Below the pieces are notes generated by a model. That model made no database searches and was not told the DNA's origin. It saw only the letters and a program-made list of their open reading frames with translations. The position numbers and the translations under genes are program-made. Below, piece after piece: positions 9,907 through 19,267 of a stretch of 64,000 nt of DNA (position 1 is its first letter; each line of letters opens with the position of its first letter). The stretch lies in the sequence record SRR33789315_132; one strand, given 5' to 3'.

Positions 9907-11820
9907 ATGCAGTTATTCAAGATAGTTTCCTTAGTGATAATTCAGCTTTCACTTTGCATAGCAATAAGCTTAGGGATTTCATCAACCGTGTTGGCGCAGC
10001 CAGGCAATGTTTTGCAAGTGGATGAGCTTGGAAAGGCAATTGATTTAGCACCGTTTACCTCCTTTTGGGTGGATACCGAAGGCAGTTCACTAGAGACGGT
10101 GTTTGCCAATGAAGGAACAGATTTTCAAGCCCTTCCTAATCAAGAGATATCCTTTGGTTATACGGCTAGCCGAGTATGGTTGCTAATCAATACCCATAAC
10201 AGAAGCTTCCAGCCTATAGACTTGATGTTAGATACCAACATTAAGTATATGAGACCACTAGAGATCTATGAGATTAGCAATGGAGGAATGCCGCGGTCAG
10301 TTCTCTATAACAATGAAAACTCCTTGTTTTCTTCTCGCACCATCGCGCAGCCAAAGATTGTCGTTCCCCTCCAATGGCAGCCCAGAGAGACCAAGCAATT
10401 ACTGCTCCGTGTAGGCGCGGGCGGTGCACTTTCGCTGCCATTAGTACTTAACACTCAAGCGCAAGTGGCCAGAAAATACGATAACGCCCGAACTTTCGCC
10501 GCATTTTTTGCAGGCGTTCTAATCAGTCTTATATTGATCAATATTTTTCACTTTGCAACGGTCAAACGCTGGGAGTATTTGTTATACGCCTTGATGGAGA
10601 GCTCGATATTGCTTTTTGTTTTACACAACGAAGGCTTCGCTTTTCAATATTTATGGCCCAATAGTCCTACGTGGAATGCGCACGCTACTCAAGTGCTAGG
10701 GCATAGCAGCAATATGCTAGCATCTCTTTTTGCGCTGGTTTTTTTGGAGTTACGTCGACGCGCACCATTGTTTTTCAGAGCATTGATGGGATTCTCTAGC
10801 GTCTCTGCAGTGCTACTGCTTTTAACCCCTTGGTTGGAGCCAAGAGTTTCAAATCAATTGGGGCTCATAATCCTGACTATTGGCAGTAGTGTGATTATTG
10901 CGGCTGGTTTTCGGGTACTTTTTCGAGGTCATAAACCCGCATTTTATTTCGTGCTCGGTTGGTTGTTCATGGGTAGTGGTGCTGCAATTTATGGTTTTTC
11001 AAGTCTTGGTTTGATTCGGCTCCCTATTCCAGCGATAAATGTCTTGAAGCTCAGCATACTCGTTGAGGCAACTCTGATTTCATATGGTCTTTCTGCATTA
11101 CTGAAGTTTTTATCCGATAAAATAAGGAGTTCACAGGAAGAACTAATTTCAATTACGGAGAAACGTTTGAGCGATGCGTTGGAGCGAGTAAAACTAGAAG
11201 AAAGTCGAGTGCATGCAGAGCGAGAGTTAGCCGAGAAAGCTTTAGAAATTGCGCGCACAAGTCATGACATCCGGCAACCTATTCACTCGCTTCGGTTAGC
11301 GCTATTAGCGCAAGCGCGTAACCAGGAAGATGCGTCAAATGTAGAGATGTTCAACCGCACGCTCGATCACATGGAGGATTTACTAGGCAATATCAGCGTG
11401 AGTGAGAGCGCATCTGCAAAGACCACCATTACTGGGTATGGGCAACTGACCTCCCAATTATGTGAGGAGTTTGCAGCGGCAGCATCTGAAGCCAATATTG
11501 AGTTACTTCACGTTCCGAGTTCTGTTCCATTAACAACTACGGTAGTACCATTGAAACGTGTATTGAGCAATTTGCTCTCCAATGCAGTGCGCCATTCGAA
11601 TGCATCGAGAATTCTTTTGGGTTTAAGGAGGCGCTCTTTCGGAGTAGAAGTGATGGTCATCGACAATGGCCAAGGTCTCGACCACGCTAATTCGCAGACT
11701 TCAGGCACTGGCCTAGGGATGGGAATTATTGCTGCCCTTTGCGAGGAGAATAATTGGGTAAGCAAGATAGAAACCGAAACAGGCAAGGGAACCTGTTGTA
11801 GCATTGAGGTTTACACATGA
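9907..11820 (+). CDS. 7TMR-DISM sensor histidine kinase
   Basis: Signal peptide, periplasmic DISMED2-like domain (SFGYT.SRVWL), about 7 TM helices (GFAFQYLWP), H-box SHDIRQP, NLLSNAVRH, DNGQG, GLGMGI. Confidence 0.85.
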   Translation: MQLFKIVSLVIIQLSLCIAISLGISSTVLAQPGNVLQVDELGKAIDLAPFTSFWVDTEGSSLETVFANEGTDFQALPNQEISFGYTASRVWLLINTHNRSFQPIDLMLDTNIKYMRPLEIYEISNGGMPRSVLYNNENSLFSSRTIAQPKIVVPLQWQPRETKQLLLRVGAGGALSLPLVLNTQAQVARKYDNARTFAAFFAGVLISLILINIFHFATVKRWEYLLYALMESSILLFVLHNEGFAFQYLWPNSPTWNAHATQVLGHSSNMLASLFALVFLELRRRAPLFFRALMGFSSVSAVLLLLTPWLEPRVSNQLGLIILTIGSSVIIAAGFRVLFRGHKPAFYFVLGWLFMGSGAAIYGFSSLGLIRLPIPAINVLKLSILVEATLISYGLSALLKFLSDKIRSSQEELISITEKRLSDALERVKLEESRVHAERELAEKALEIARTSHDIRQPIHSLRLALLAQARNQEDASNVEMFNRTLDHMEDLLGNISVSESASAKTTITGYGQLTSQLCEEFAAAASEANIELLHVPSSVPLTTTVVPLKRVLSNLLSNAVRHSNASRILLGLRRRSFGVEVMVIDNGQGLDHANSQTSGTGLGMGIIAALCEENNWVSKIETETGKGTCCSIEVYT

Positions 11821-11836
11821 TTGTGCAGGGCAGATT

Positions 11837-12451
11837 ATGAGAATAGCGATTGCCGATGACCATGAGATCTACCGCATGGGGCTTAAATTATTGCTGAATA
11901 GCATGTCTGATATGGAAGTGATAATCGAAGTCGACTCAGGCAATCGTCTATTGCAGGCTCTCAAAGCAACCCCCGTTGACCTCATTATTCTCGACCAATC
12001 TATGCAAGATGGGACTGGCTTAGACTTTCTCAAAACTCTCAATACTTGGGTTAAAGCTCCGCAAGTCATATTGCTCACGGGTAGTAGTGGCAGTGCAATT
12101 CTACATGAGGCAAAGTCGCTTGGCGTTGCGGCGGTTGTCGCGAAGCAAGGCAGTGGCGAGGACTTGGTCGATGCCCTAGAATTTATTCAAAAACAAAGCT
12201 TCTATGCTAGCCCGGCTTTCGCCAGCCTAGTGGATTCCGAGAATATTCTCGATCGATTGACATCGCGAGAGCGCGAAGTTTTAACTTACATAATTCGTGG
12301 CGAATCCACTCGGGCGATCTCCGAGATACTCAATGTGTCTTTCAAAACTATAGATACGCACCGCAGTCGTCTGATGAGCAAGCTCGATCTGCATAGCGTA
12401 GCAGAGTTAATGCAGTTTGCCCGTGAAGTGGGATTGCTAGAGAAACATTGA
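11837..12451 (+). CDS. NarL/LuxR-family response regulator
   Basis: IADDH, LDQSM, LLTG receiver motifs; LTSREREVL...KTIDTHRSRLMSKL HTH. Confidence 0.93.
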   Translation: MRIAIADDHEIYRMGLKLLLNSMSDMEVIIEVDSGNRLLQALKATPVDLIILDQSMQDGTGLDFLKTLNTWVKAPQVILLTGSSGSAILHEAKSLGVAAVVAKQGSGEDLVDALEFIQKQSFYASPAFASLVDSENILDRLTSREREVLTYIIRGESTRAISEILNVSFKTIDTHRSRLMSKLDLHSVAELMQFAREVGLLEKH

Positions 12452-12501
12452 TTCTTTAACGCCCTCTATTCCCTTTGTGTCCCGGAATAATTCGAGAAAA
12501 A

Positions 12502-12517
12502 TCAGGTAAACACCTGA
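12502..12517. promoter_or_regulatory. Palindrome upstream of the collagen genes (candidate response-regulator site)
   Basis: TCAGGT-AAAC-ACCTGA, perfect 6-4-6 inverted repeat. Confidence 0.45.
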
Positions 12518-12581
12518 CGCATGTATGCCTGCTTCAACGTTACCTTCTGTAAGAGAATTAACTCTTGAAGAGGGTCCTAAA

Positions 12582-13721
12582 ATGCCACTACGTACTCTAA
12601 TTGCAAAGACGGCGCTATCCGTAGCCTGCTTTGGAATGCTGGGCGTTGTCGTTGCCAAAGAAAGTCATTTGATAGAGGCCTATATCGCGGATGGCGATAT
12701 TGTTCTCATTGGCACAGATCTTTGCCTTGCCAATCCTGTCATTCGCATTGGATCTACAGATATCTATCCAAGTACTACTATCTGTGAAGATATCGACAAC
12801 GAACTACAAATGATGGTTGCGACTACAAGCGCTCTTGACCTGAGTGCTGGCAGTTACGGTGTGCAGGTACGCGCACATGATGCCAAGTCCAATGATAACT
12901 CTGCGTCTTTCTACGTCACCCTTGGGGCAATAGGTGCCGATGGATTAGCTGGGGAGAAAGGCCAACGAGGACCAATTGGTGCAGTAGGACCACAGGGCCC
13001 AATGGGACTAATAGGTCCTATAGGCGAACTAGGCCCGATCGGCGCTACAGGGCTTCAAGGCGTCACTGGGTTAGAAGGGTTGCGAGGACAGCAAGGTCCT
13101 GCTGGGGAGATTGGTGTGCAAGGGGTTCGAGGACCCGCAGGCGGGCTTGGCCCCGTGGGTGAAATTGGTGAGCAAGGCCCGCAAGGAGTGCAAGGTCCAC
13201 AAGGCGTGCAAGGTCCTCAGGGTTTGCAAGGGCTTCGCGGCCCCCAAGGTTTGACGGGCTTAACGGGCGAGCAAGGGCCGCGAGGAGCGCAAGGCTCTAC
13301 AGGTTTAGCGAGCACGGTAAGAGGACTTACGGGTCCCACTGGGCCTCAAGGGCCAGTGGGAACAGTGGGGGCTGTCGGTGACATAGGGCCGCAAGGTGAT
13401 AGAGGACCTCGCGGCGAGCGAGGAGCCGTGGGTGAGAAAGGCTATGAGGGTGCGGTCGGAGATCCCAACTGGACCCGAACTCAATATGAATATCCATGCG
13501 ACGGAATCTCATCAGGAACTAGGTATTGTGAAATCCGAGTTTATTGCCCTTCTTCTAACCAGAGAATAATTAGTGGCGGCGTTTACACAAACGTGGACAG
13601 GATCAAAATTGCGGAAAGTTATCCTGGTAAGGATGGCAATAACTGGTACGCGAGAATTAGTCATACCAACTCTCAGACAATTCGCTTTGTGGTGCCAATT
13701 GTTTGCATGAACGTCAATTGA
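12582..13721 (+). CDS. Exported collagen-like protein 1
   Basis: Signal peptide, Ig-like N-domain, 59 Gly-X-Y triplets with STVR interruption, Cys-containing C-terminal domain. Confidence 0.9.
   Translation: MPLRTLIAKTALSVACFGMLGVVVAKESHLIEAYIADGDIVLIGTDLCLANPVIRIGSTDIYPSTTICEDIDNELQMMVATTSALDLSAGSYGVQVRAHDAKSNDNSASFYVTLGAIGADGLAGEKGQRGPIGAVGPQGPMGLIGPIGELGPIGATGLQGVTGLEGLRGQQGPAGEIGVQGVRGPAGGLGPVGEIGEQGPQGVQGPQGVQGPQGLQGLRGPQGLTGLTGEQGPRGAQGSTGLASTVRGLTGPTGPQGPVGTVGAVGDIGPQGDRGPRGERGAVGEKGYEGAVGDPNWTRTQYEYPCDGISSGTRYCEIRVYCPSSNQRIISGGVYTNVDRIKIAESYPGKDGNNWYARISHTNSQTIRFVVPIVCMNVN
12924..13466 (+). repeat. Gly-X-Y repeat region, 43+16 triplets
   Basis: Counted from the translation; 543 nt. 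Confidence 0.9.
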
Positions 13722-13732
13722 GGAGCAATACA

Positions 13733-14917
13733 ATGAGGATCCTAAAAATGAGAACACTAGTATTGATCTTAGGCGCGCTTTTCGCGGTGACGACGCAGGC
13801 TAAGACCGAGCTAATAGAGGAAGCATTTTTTACTGACAATGATTTTATTCTGGTAGGTCAGAATTTATGTGACTCGAAAAAAGATCTAGCCGTAGAAATC
13901 GGTGCGTCGACCCCAGCACAATTGAATGTTGTTGCGTGTCAACAAATTGGTGAGGGCGATGCGCTGCGCGATTTAGTGATAGCCGCCATCGATTTTGCGA
14001 TGGAGCCTGGTAACTACGCGGTCTCTTTATTTGAGCTTGCTTCACCTGGCAAGAGTAGTAATAGCGCTAAGAGCACCAAGAGTAGCAAAAGTAAGGAGAT
14101 AGCTAATTTTGTAGTGAGTTATGGAGTGCAGGGCGTGCAGGGGCCAGCGGGTGAACAAGGCTTGGAGGGTCCGCAAGGTCCGCAAGGCGAGATTGGTCAA
14201 ATTGGACCTCAGGGGCCGCAGGGTCCGCAAGGCGAACAAGGACCAATTGGGCCAGAAGGTTTGCAAGGGCCGACAGGTCCAGTAGGGGCCGTCGGGGAGC
14301 AGGGTCTGCAAGGATTGCCAGGAGAAATAGGACCACGCGGAGAACAGGGACCTCAAGGCCCAATGGGACCAATTGGAGAGTCGGGGCTTGCTGGTATTGC
14401 TGGGCCTCAAGGCCCCATCGGACAGCAAGGCGAGGTTGGGCCTCAAGGCCCACGAGGTCCGCAGGGGCCAGTTGGACTTACTGGACCGATAGGATTGACT
14501 GGTGCTGCCGGTCCAGTTGGATTGGTTGGGGCAATCGGTCCCCAAGGCCCTCAAGGCCCGCAGGGTCCTGCTAGCACTTTGCAAGGGCCTCGCGGCGAGC
14601 AAGGACTCATTGGGCCCAGGGGGTATCGAGGACCTACTGGAGACCAAGGAATTCCTGGTATTCGATATTGGTCGAGGACGACTGCTGAGAATAGCTGCCC
14701 TTCGAAAAATCATTGTTCGATGCGTCTAGAGTGTCCTGGAGGAAGAGTGATCTTAGGAGGGGGCGCCTATGTGAATGGTTCGATCTCGGAGGAAACAGAA
14801 CTAAGAGAAAGCTATCCAGGTGCTGCCGGTGATAACTGGTATGTGCGCATCTTCAACAACGAAAGTAGCGCAGTGACTTACCAAGCTATCGCGATTTGTG
14901 GATTAATGAGCGACTAA
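13733..14917 (+). CDS. Exported collagen-like protein 2 (paralogue)
   Basis: GAGGAG RBS, signal peptide, same architecture, 59 triplets with STLQ interruption, CPGG..ILGGG..SYP..W..AIC head. Confidence 0.9.
   Translation: MRILKMRTLVLILGALFAVTTQAKTELIEEAFFTDNDFILVGQNLCDSKKDLAVEIGASTPAQLNVVACQQIGEGDALRDLVIAAIDFAMEPGNYAVSLFELASPGKSSNSAKSTKSSKSKEIANFVVSYGVQGVQGPAGEQGLEGPQGPQGEIGQIGPQGPQGPQGEQGPIGPEGLQGPTGPVGAVGEQGLQGLPGEIGPRGEQGPQGPMGPIGESGLAGIAGPQGPIGQQGEVGPQGPRGPQGPVGLTGPIGLTGAAGPVGLVGAIGPQGPQGPQGPASTLQGPRGEQGLIGPRGYRGPTGDQGIPGIRYWSRTTAENSCPSKNHCSMRLECPGGRVILGGGAYVNGSISEETELRESYPGAAGDNWYVRIFNNESSAVTYQAIAICGLMSD
14123..14665 (+). repeat. Gly-X-Y repeat region, 50+9 triplets
   Basis: Counted from the translation; 543 nt. 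Confidence 0.9.
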
Positions 14918-14937
14918 TCACAATGAGCGTGAACGCA

Positions 14938-14985
14938 ACAAAATTACGCCCTGTTAGGTGCATACCTAACAGGGCGTAATTTTGT
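14938..14985. terminator. Long perfect inverted repeat / intrinsic terminator after the collagen genes
   Basis: ACAAAATTACGCCCTGTTAGGT-GCAT-ACCTAACAGGGCGTAATTTTGT, 22-bp stem. Confidence 0.85.
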
Positions 14986-15127
14986 ATCGCTTTTCGTGAT
15001 GCTCGCACCGCAAAGAGGTGCCAGAGTCAGTAACTCCGAGAAAATTAGACAATCTTAGGGAGTCTCGATGAGATTGAATGTGTTAACCATTACATGCAGT
15101 GTATTTCAAAATATTTTGGAGGCAGCA

Positions 15128-15408
15128 ATGCAGCGACGTCGTTTTTATGAAGTATTTGACAAGCCTATTGGCGGGTATGTCGATCAGCAGTATCCATTCC
15201 GCTCGCCTATTCGCCGCAAACTTGCCGGCTGATATCACAGAATTCTCTGCTTAATCTTTCCGAGGTAATTCAACACAAAATCGTTAGTTCTACTCAGGTG
15301 ATGCAAGCCTATCTTGCACGAATTCACCGCTACAACCCCCTGTACAACTCCATCTTATCGTTACAGAGCGATGCAACTTTTTTAGCGCAAGCGAATGAGG
15401 CCGATGCG
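15128..15408 (+). pseudogene. Frameshifted, truncated Tat-exported amidase (amidase-signature family N-terminus)
   Basis: GGAGG RBS; MQRRRF / MKYLTSLLAG..ADITEFSA / NLSEVIQHKIVSSTQVMQAYLARIHRYNPLYNSI..AQANEADA across two frameshifts; catalytic region absent. Confidence 0.7.
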
Positions 15409-15649
15409 GTGTTTTGGGCAAGACCAAAAGGTGTTGGGATTTGCACTGACCTACGAGAGAATTACAGATTTATTACAGCGACACATTCCGTTAGGGTAGT
15501 AAAGATTATCTGTTAGGCACGATTTACGCCCTATTATAAGACTCGATAGCGGGGCATTTTTTTCAATATAAGTCATTATAAAGCCGAATAGAGCATTAGC
15601 GTTGTCATGGGGTAATCTTTGCTCGGTGCGCCTTAGTAGGCTTTGCCTT

Positions 15650-17521
15650 TTAGTTTGAAGAAGACGCCGAGAATAGGAGTTGTGCCTGATTGGCAAACTC
15701 TCCAAGGACCACCACATTGCCATGTTGCACAGTTCCCTCAAGTCCCCCGGTATAGCGCCAGTTATTTGGTAGTTTAATGCTCAAACCCGCAATGCGGCCT
15801 TCGATACTAATCTGCAAACGCTTTTGGTATGCCGCTGGGGTATCCGTTTGTATGACTGCGCTATCACGAGTCGCCCACCATTGTCCGAATTGGGCAATTG
15901 TTCCAAACCAAGCGCGCTCTTTAAATTCTGCTACAAAGCCCTTTTCAAATTCCAGCTTGTGATCAAGCACATCAGTGTGAATCAACACGTTCACAACACC
16001 CCCGATTCGCGCAATTTTATTAGCAAGCGCTATTGCCTCAGGTAGGCGATCGCCAAGTCGGCCACTCTCGTCTTCTATGGTGATGGGGATCTCTATGATG
16101 TCGAGTTCGGTGTCGTAGCTGCGTGAATAGTTGCTGCGAAATGGCAAGTGAGTAAACGCACTATTGGCGGTCATGCTGGAACTATATTGATAACCGGTTG
16201 CCTGCAACATCTCTGGTAGCGAGATAGGCATAGAGAGATGTCCAGGTCGAAATGAAACAGTATCTTGTTCGACAAGGGTGTCTAAGAGATATTTACTGAT
16301 TCGCAGCTCACCTGAGATGCTCCCGTCTCTCACCGCATCGAATGCTGACACAAATGGTCGGTAACTTGGGTATTGCTCAGTCCCACTCCCGATAGGCATG
16401 CCCTTGAATTCGTTGGAGTGAGCGACGCTGTGACTCCCGATCTCCATGCCCTGGTCGCGAAGTTTCGTAAGGATGGCTTGATTCTCCAGATTGAAGAATG
16501 CTTCGTCGCTGAAATCAGTGACATATTTAGTCTGGATGAAATAGGTGGCTGGAATGTTTTGGCTGAATTCAAATTCTGCGTATGCCAATGTATTTTGTAG
16601 CGAGCGAGTATAGTCAATGTCGTGAGTAATGAGTGCTGTGAACTCGCGGTTAAATGGCGTTGGTAGTATCTGTACTGCATCTTGAGAGCCTTCCTTATAA
16701 ACCGCCGCCATGAATTCCAGTAGGGTATCTAGCATCGGTTGGTAATTGTTGACGTAGGTATCCGCCAATCCAGAGAAGCGATTGTTTTGTGCACGAAGAA
16801 TGAAATGCCCGAAATCAAAACCTACGGCGTAGGCGTGGCCAACCCGACCGTTAGCAGTGAAGAAATTATGAGTAATCGCGGCACTGCCATCATCGTAAGT
16901 GGCGATCGCAGGATGTTTAAGTTCGTGATAACTAACGCCAGGAAAGGGGGTGGGGTCTACCAATGAAGCGAGACGAATTCTAGACTCATCAATCTCAAGA
17001 ATAGAGTCTGGGTCAAAGTATGCCGGATCGAAGTTAACTTCTACTAGATCGTTGCGCTCCTCTGTGGTTTCGAATCCAAACACTGATGGTAGGCCACCGC
17101 CAATGACCGAGAAAGCGATGAGGGTGTGACCGTCGCGAACGTGATTGGCTAGTGCACTCAGTGTCTCAGGCTCAGTGTTTGAGCCTGTAATAGAGGGGTA
17201 TACCAGTATCACCTCATGCTGCAGGGCCTCATCGATGGATTGCACTACTCGAAATGGGACACCAATACTCTTGAGTCCATGGGCGATGCCGAGCCATGAG
17301 GCATTGCTATCCTGCAGTAGGACGGCGATGCCACTAGTCGACTCATCAAAATAAGTCTCTGGCACCGTGCGCGGTGGAATGTTGCTTGGTATTACAGTGC
17401 TCTCGATTGGTCCGGTTAACTCTGGGAATGCCGGAGGGGGAGGCACTGTCAGATTAGTATCATAGACGAAATAAGCGATGCCCATGCCAATACAAATGGC
17501 GATAAAATTACGCTTTGTCAT
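15650..17521 (-). CDS. Periplasmic polysaccharide deacetylase (CE4/NodB-like C-terminal domain)
   Basis: N-terminal anchor; THDID, ATYF, EIGSHSVAH, SFRPG, YSSS, EIPIT, LIH motifs. Confidence 0.82.
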   Translation of the reverse strand: MTKRNFIAICIGMGIAYFVYDTNLTVPPPPAFPELTGPIESTVIPSNIPPRTVPETYFDESTSGIAVLLQDSNASWLGIAHGLKSIGVPFRVVQSIDEALQHEVILVYPSITGSNTEPETLSALANHVRDGHTLIAFSVIGGGLPSVFGFETTEERNDLVEVNFDPAYFDPDSILEIDESRIRLASLVDPTPFPGVSYHELKHPAIATYDDGSAAITHNFFTANGRVGHAYAVGFDFGHFILRAQNNRFSGLADTYVNNYQPMLDTLLEFMAAVYKEGSQDAVQILPTPFNREFTALITHDIDYTRSLQNTLAYAEFEFSQNIPATYFIQTKYVTDFSDEAFFNLENQAILTKLRDQGMEIGSHSVAHSNEFKGMPIGSGTEQYPSYRPFVSAFDAVRDGSISGELRISKYLLDTLVEQDTVSFRPGHLSMPISLPEMLQATGYQYSSSMTANSAFTHLPFRSNYSRSYDTELDIIEIPITIEDESGRLGDRLPEAIALANKIARIGGVVNVLIHTDVLDHKLEFEKGFVAEFKERAWFGTIAQFGQWWATRDSAVIQTDTPAAYQKRLQISIEGRIAGLSIKLPNNWRYTGGLEGTVQHGNVVVLGEFANQAQLLFSASSSN

Positions 17522-19248
17522 TGTTGATCCCTGTAGATTTCATCGAGGCCGTGTAGAGCGACGCCAATGAAAGACGACCAACTACTTAATTCTTCATTGA
17601 GGCGGTAAGCATTCTCGTTGAGACGTTGCTGGTTGCCTCCGAAGGTGAGGGATGAGGCAGAGAAAAGCCGTTCTGCGGTTTGTTGATAAGCGTCTCCTGC
17701 TAGGTTCTCCTGTGCGTCGGAAAACAGCACTAGAATAGGCGTTGACCCAATCTGGAGTTGCCATAGTTCACCAGCATCAGTGCTTTTCTCGAAGACGCGT
17801 TGTGTTTCATCCTCTAGCGTTCCTGTCTCCAGAGCGACTCGTACGGCCTGCTGATTGCGATTTCCCCACTCTAGAAAAGGTGTCATTCCCGTTAGTAGCT
17901 GCTGGTAGTTGGTGCGGTAGTTCATGATCGTTAGGCTGATATTGGGAAGTGTCAACTCATCGAGTAGCTTAGAACCCCAGCTTGCATGTGAGCCCCACCA
18001 CACGGGTAGCACTAGGTCTAAGGGCAGCGCTTGCCCTGCAGTGCGCCTTGCAAGCGTGATGGTCTGTAGATAGCGCTCTCGCCAATAATCGTGCGCTAAG
18101 CCGAAGCCTGGCAATAAATAAGGCTCTATATCGAGTTGCACTCCTGCCAATTTCTCCACGTTTGGTACCCACGCATTGTAGCGAAGGTAGGCAAGGATTC
18201 GTGTTTGGAGTTCGGAGAAGTTGCCAGCAATGACATCATGGCGATCTCCTATGACGGCCCAAATCGTAATATCTCTCGAATTCGCTTCCCTTATGAAGGC
18301 TCGTAGTTCATGTGGATTCTGTACTTCTCCTACAGCCGTTGTTGGGGCGGTAATATAAAACTCATCGAGACCTTCAAGTTCTGCCAGAGTCCAAAAAAAA
18401 TCGGGGCTATTTAACCAGAAGGATGGATTCCAGACCCACGCTGACCGTGAGCTTCTTGTAGGGGATTCGGAACTTGGTTTTAACACCAGGGCGTTGATGC
18501 GGAGAGTGGCCGTCTCCTGTGGGCAGGTAATGGTAAGGGCTTTCCAACTGGCATCGTTGTCGGGTAGTTGAAAAGTACGATTGACCACTCGTGTGCCTCC
18601 AGCAACTAAGAGGTGGCCGATCGACAGAGTTGCTTCGTTCGCAATGCGCTTCTCATCGGCAATCGCGAGTTGGAAATCACCATCGCCAGACACGACGATT
18701 TGGAGTTGCGAATTCGCTGGCCAATGTTCAGGACTTTCAAGTTGCACTCCAGCGACTTGGCTGCCAGCGGAGCAGTTCAATTGTGTGCCGTCAATCCAAT
18801 GCGCGCGCTCCTCGACTCCAAACGTCAGAGAGTCGAAATTAGTTAGTTGGTTTTCTACCTGATTGCTAGGGACGACTGGCTCGGCAGCTGGCTCCGCTCC
18901 GATCACTTCGCTGACTTGCGCGCGACTCTCAGAAAAACTGCCTTGTAAGATCAGTCGATTCTGTGGCGTGAGACTTTGGGAAGAGGGCAGTAGTGCGCTC
19001 CACAAAATAGAGTCTGTGCTCTGTGGAATTGTGATTGATTCGCATAGAGATACATCGAGAGGCTCATCGCTTGTCACGAGCAATTGCCGTTGCCCATCTT
19101 CTGCGTAAAACTCTTTTACGATCACTTGAGGCTGAAGTGCGAGATCCGGACTACAGACTCCAATGGTGGCCGCCTCACTCAAACTGCTGAGTAAAAGTGC
19201 ATTGACAAACCCAATGAAGTAAAGGGTTTTGGTTGGAATTAGGGTCAT
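17518..19248 (-). CDS. Exported protein with putative glycoside hydrolase-like TIM barrel
   Basis: Signal peptide; C-terminal AWVW, IWAVIGD, GVQLDIEPY, IMNYR motifs; start chosen at MTLIP. Confidence 0.55.
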   Translation of the reverse strand: MTLIPTKTLYFIGFVNALLLSSLSEAATIGVCSPDLALQPQVIVKEFYAEDGQRQLLVTSDEPLDVSLCESITIPQSTDSILWSALLPSSQSLTPQNRLILQGSFSESRAQVSEVIGAEPAAEPVVPSNQVENQLTNFDSLTFGVEERAHWIDGTQLNCSAGSQVAGVQLESPEHWPANSQLQIVVSGDGDFQLAIADEKRIANEATLSIGHLLVAGGTRVVNRTFQLPDNDASWKALTITCPQETATLRINALVLKPSSESPTRSSRSAWVWNPSFWLNSPDFFWTLAELEGLDEFYITAPTTAVGEVQNPHELRAFIREANSRDITIWAVIGDRHDVIAGNFSELQTRILAYLRYNAWVPNVEKLAGVQLDIEPYLLPGFGLAHDYWRERYLQTITLARRTAGQALPLDLVLPVWWGSHASWGSKLLDELTLPNISLTIMNYRTNYQQLLTGMTPFLEWGNRNQQAVRVALETGTLEDETQRVFEKSTDAGELWQLQIGSTPILVLFSDAQENLAGDAYQQTAERLFSASSLTFGGNQQRLNENAYRLNEELSSWSSFIGVALHGLDEIYRDQQ

Positions 19249-19267
19249 ATGGCCTTTGGACAATTCA

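Noticed and set aside
12924-14665. Periodic DNA as a possible CRISPR array or VNTR
   Set aside because: 9-nt periodicity explained by collagen coding; no repeat-spacer structure
14042-14713. 223-aa and 116-aa antisense ORFs
   Set aside because: Stop-poor shadows of the Gly-X-Y codon pattern
15298-15741. 72-aa and 96-aa ORFs as genes
   Set aside because: The first is part of the amidase relic; the second has no recognisable features and overlaps the deacetylase end
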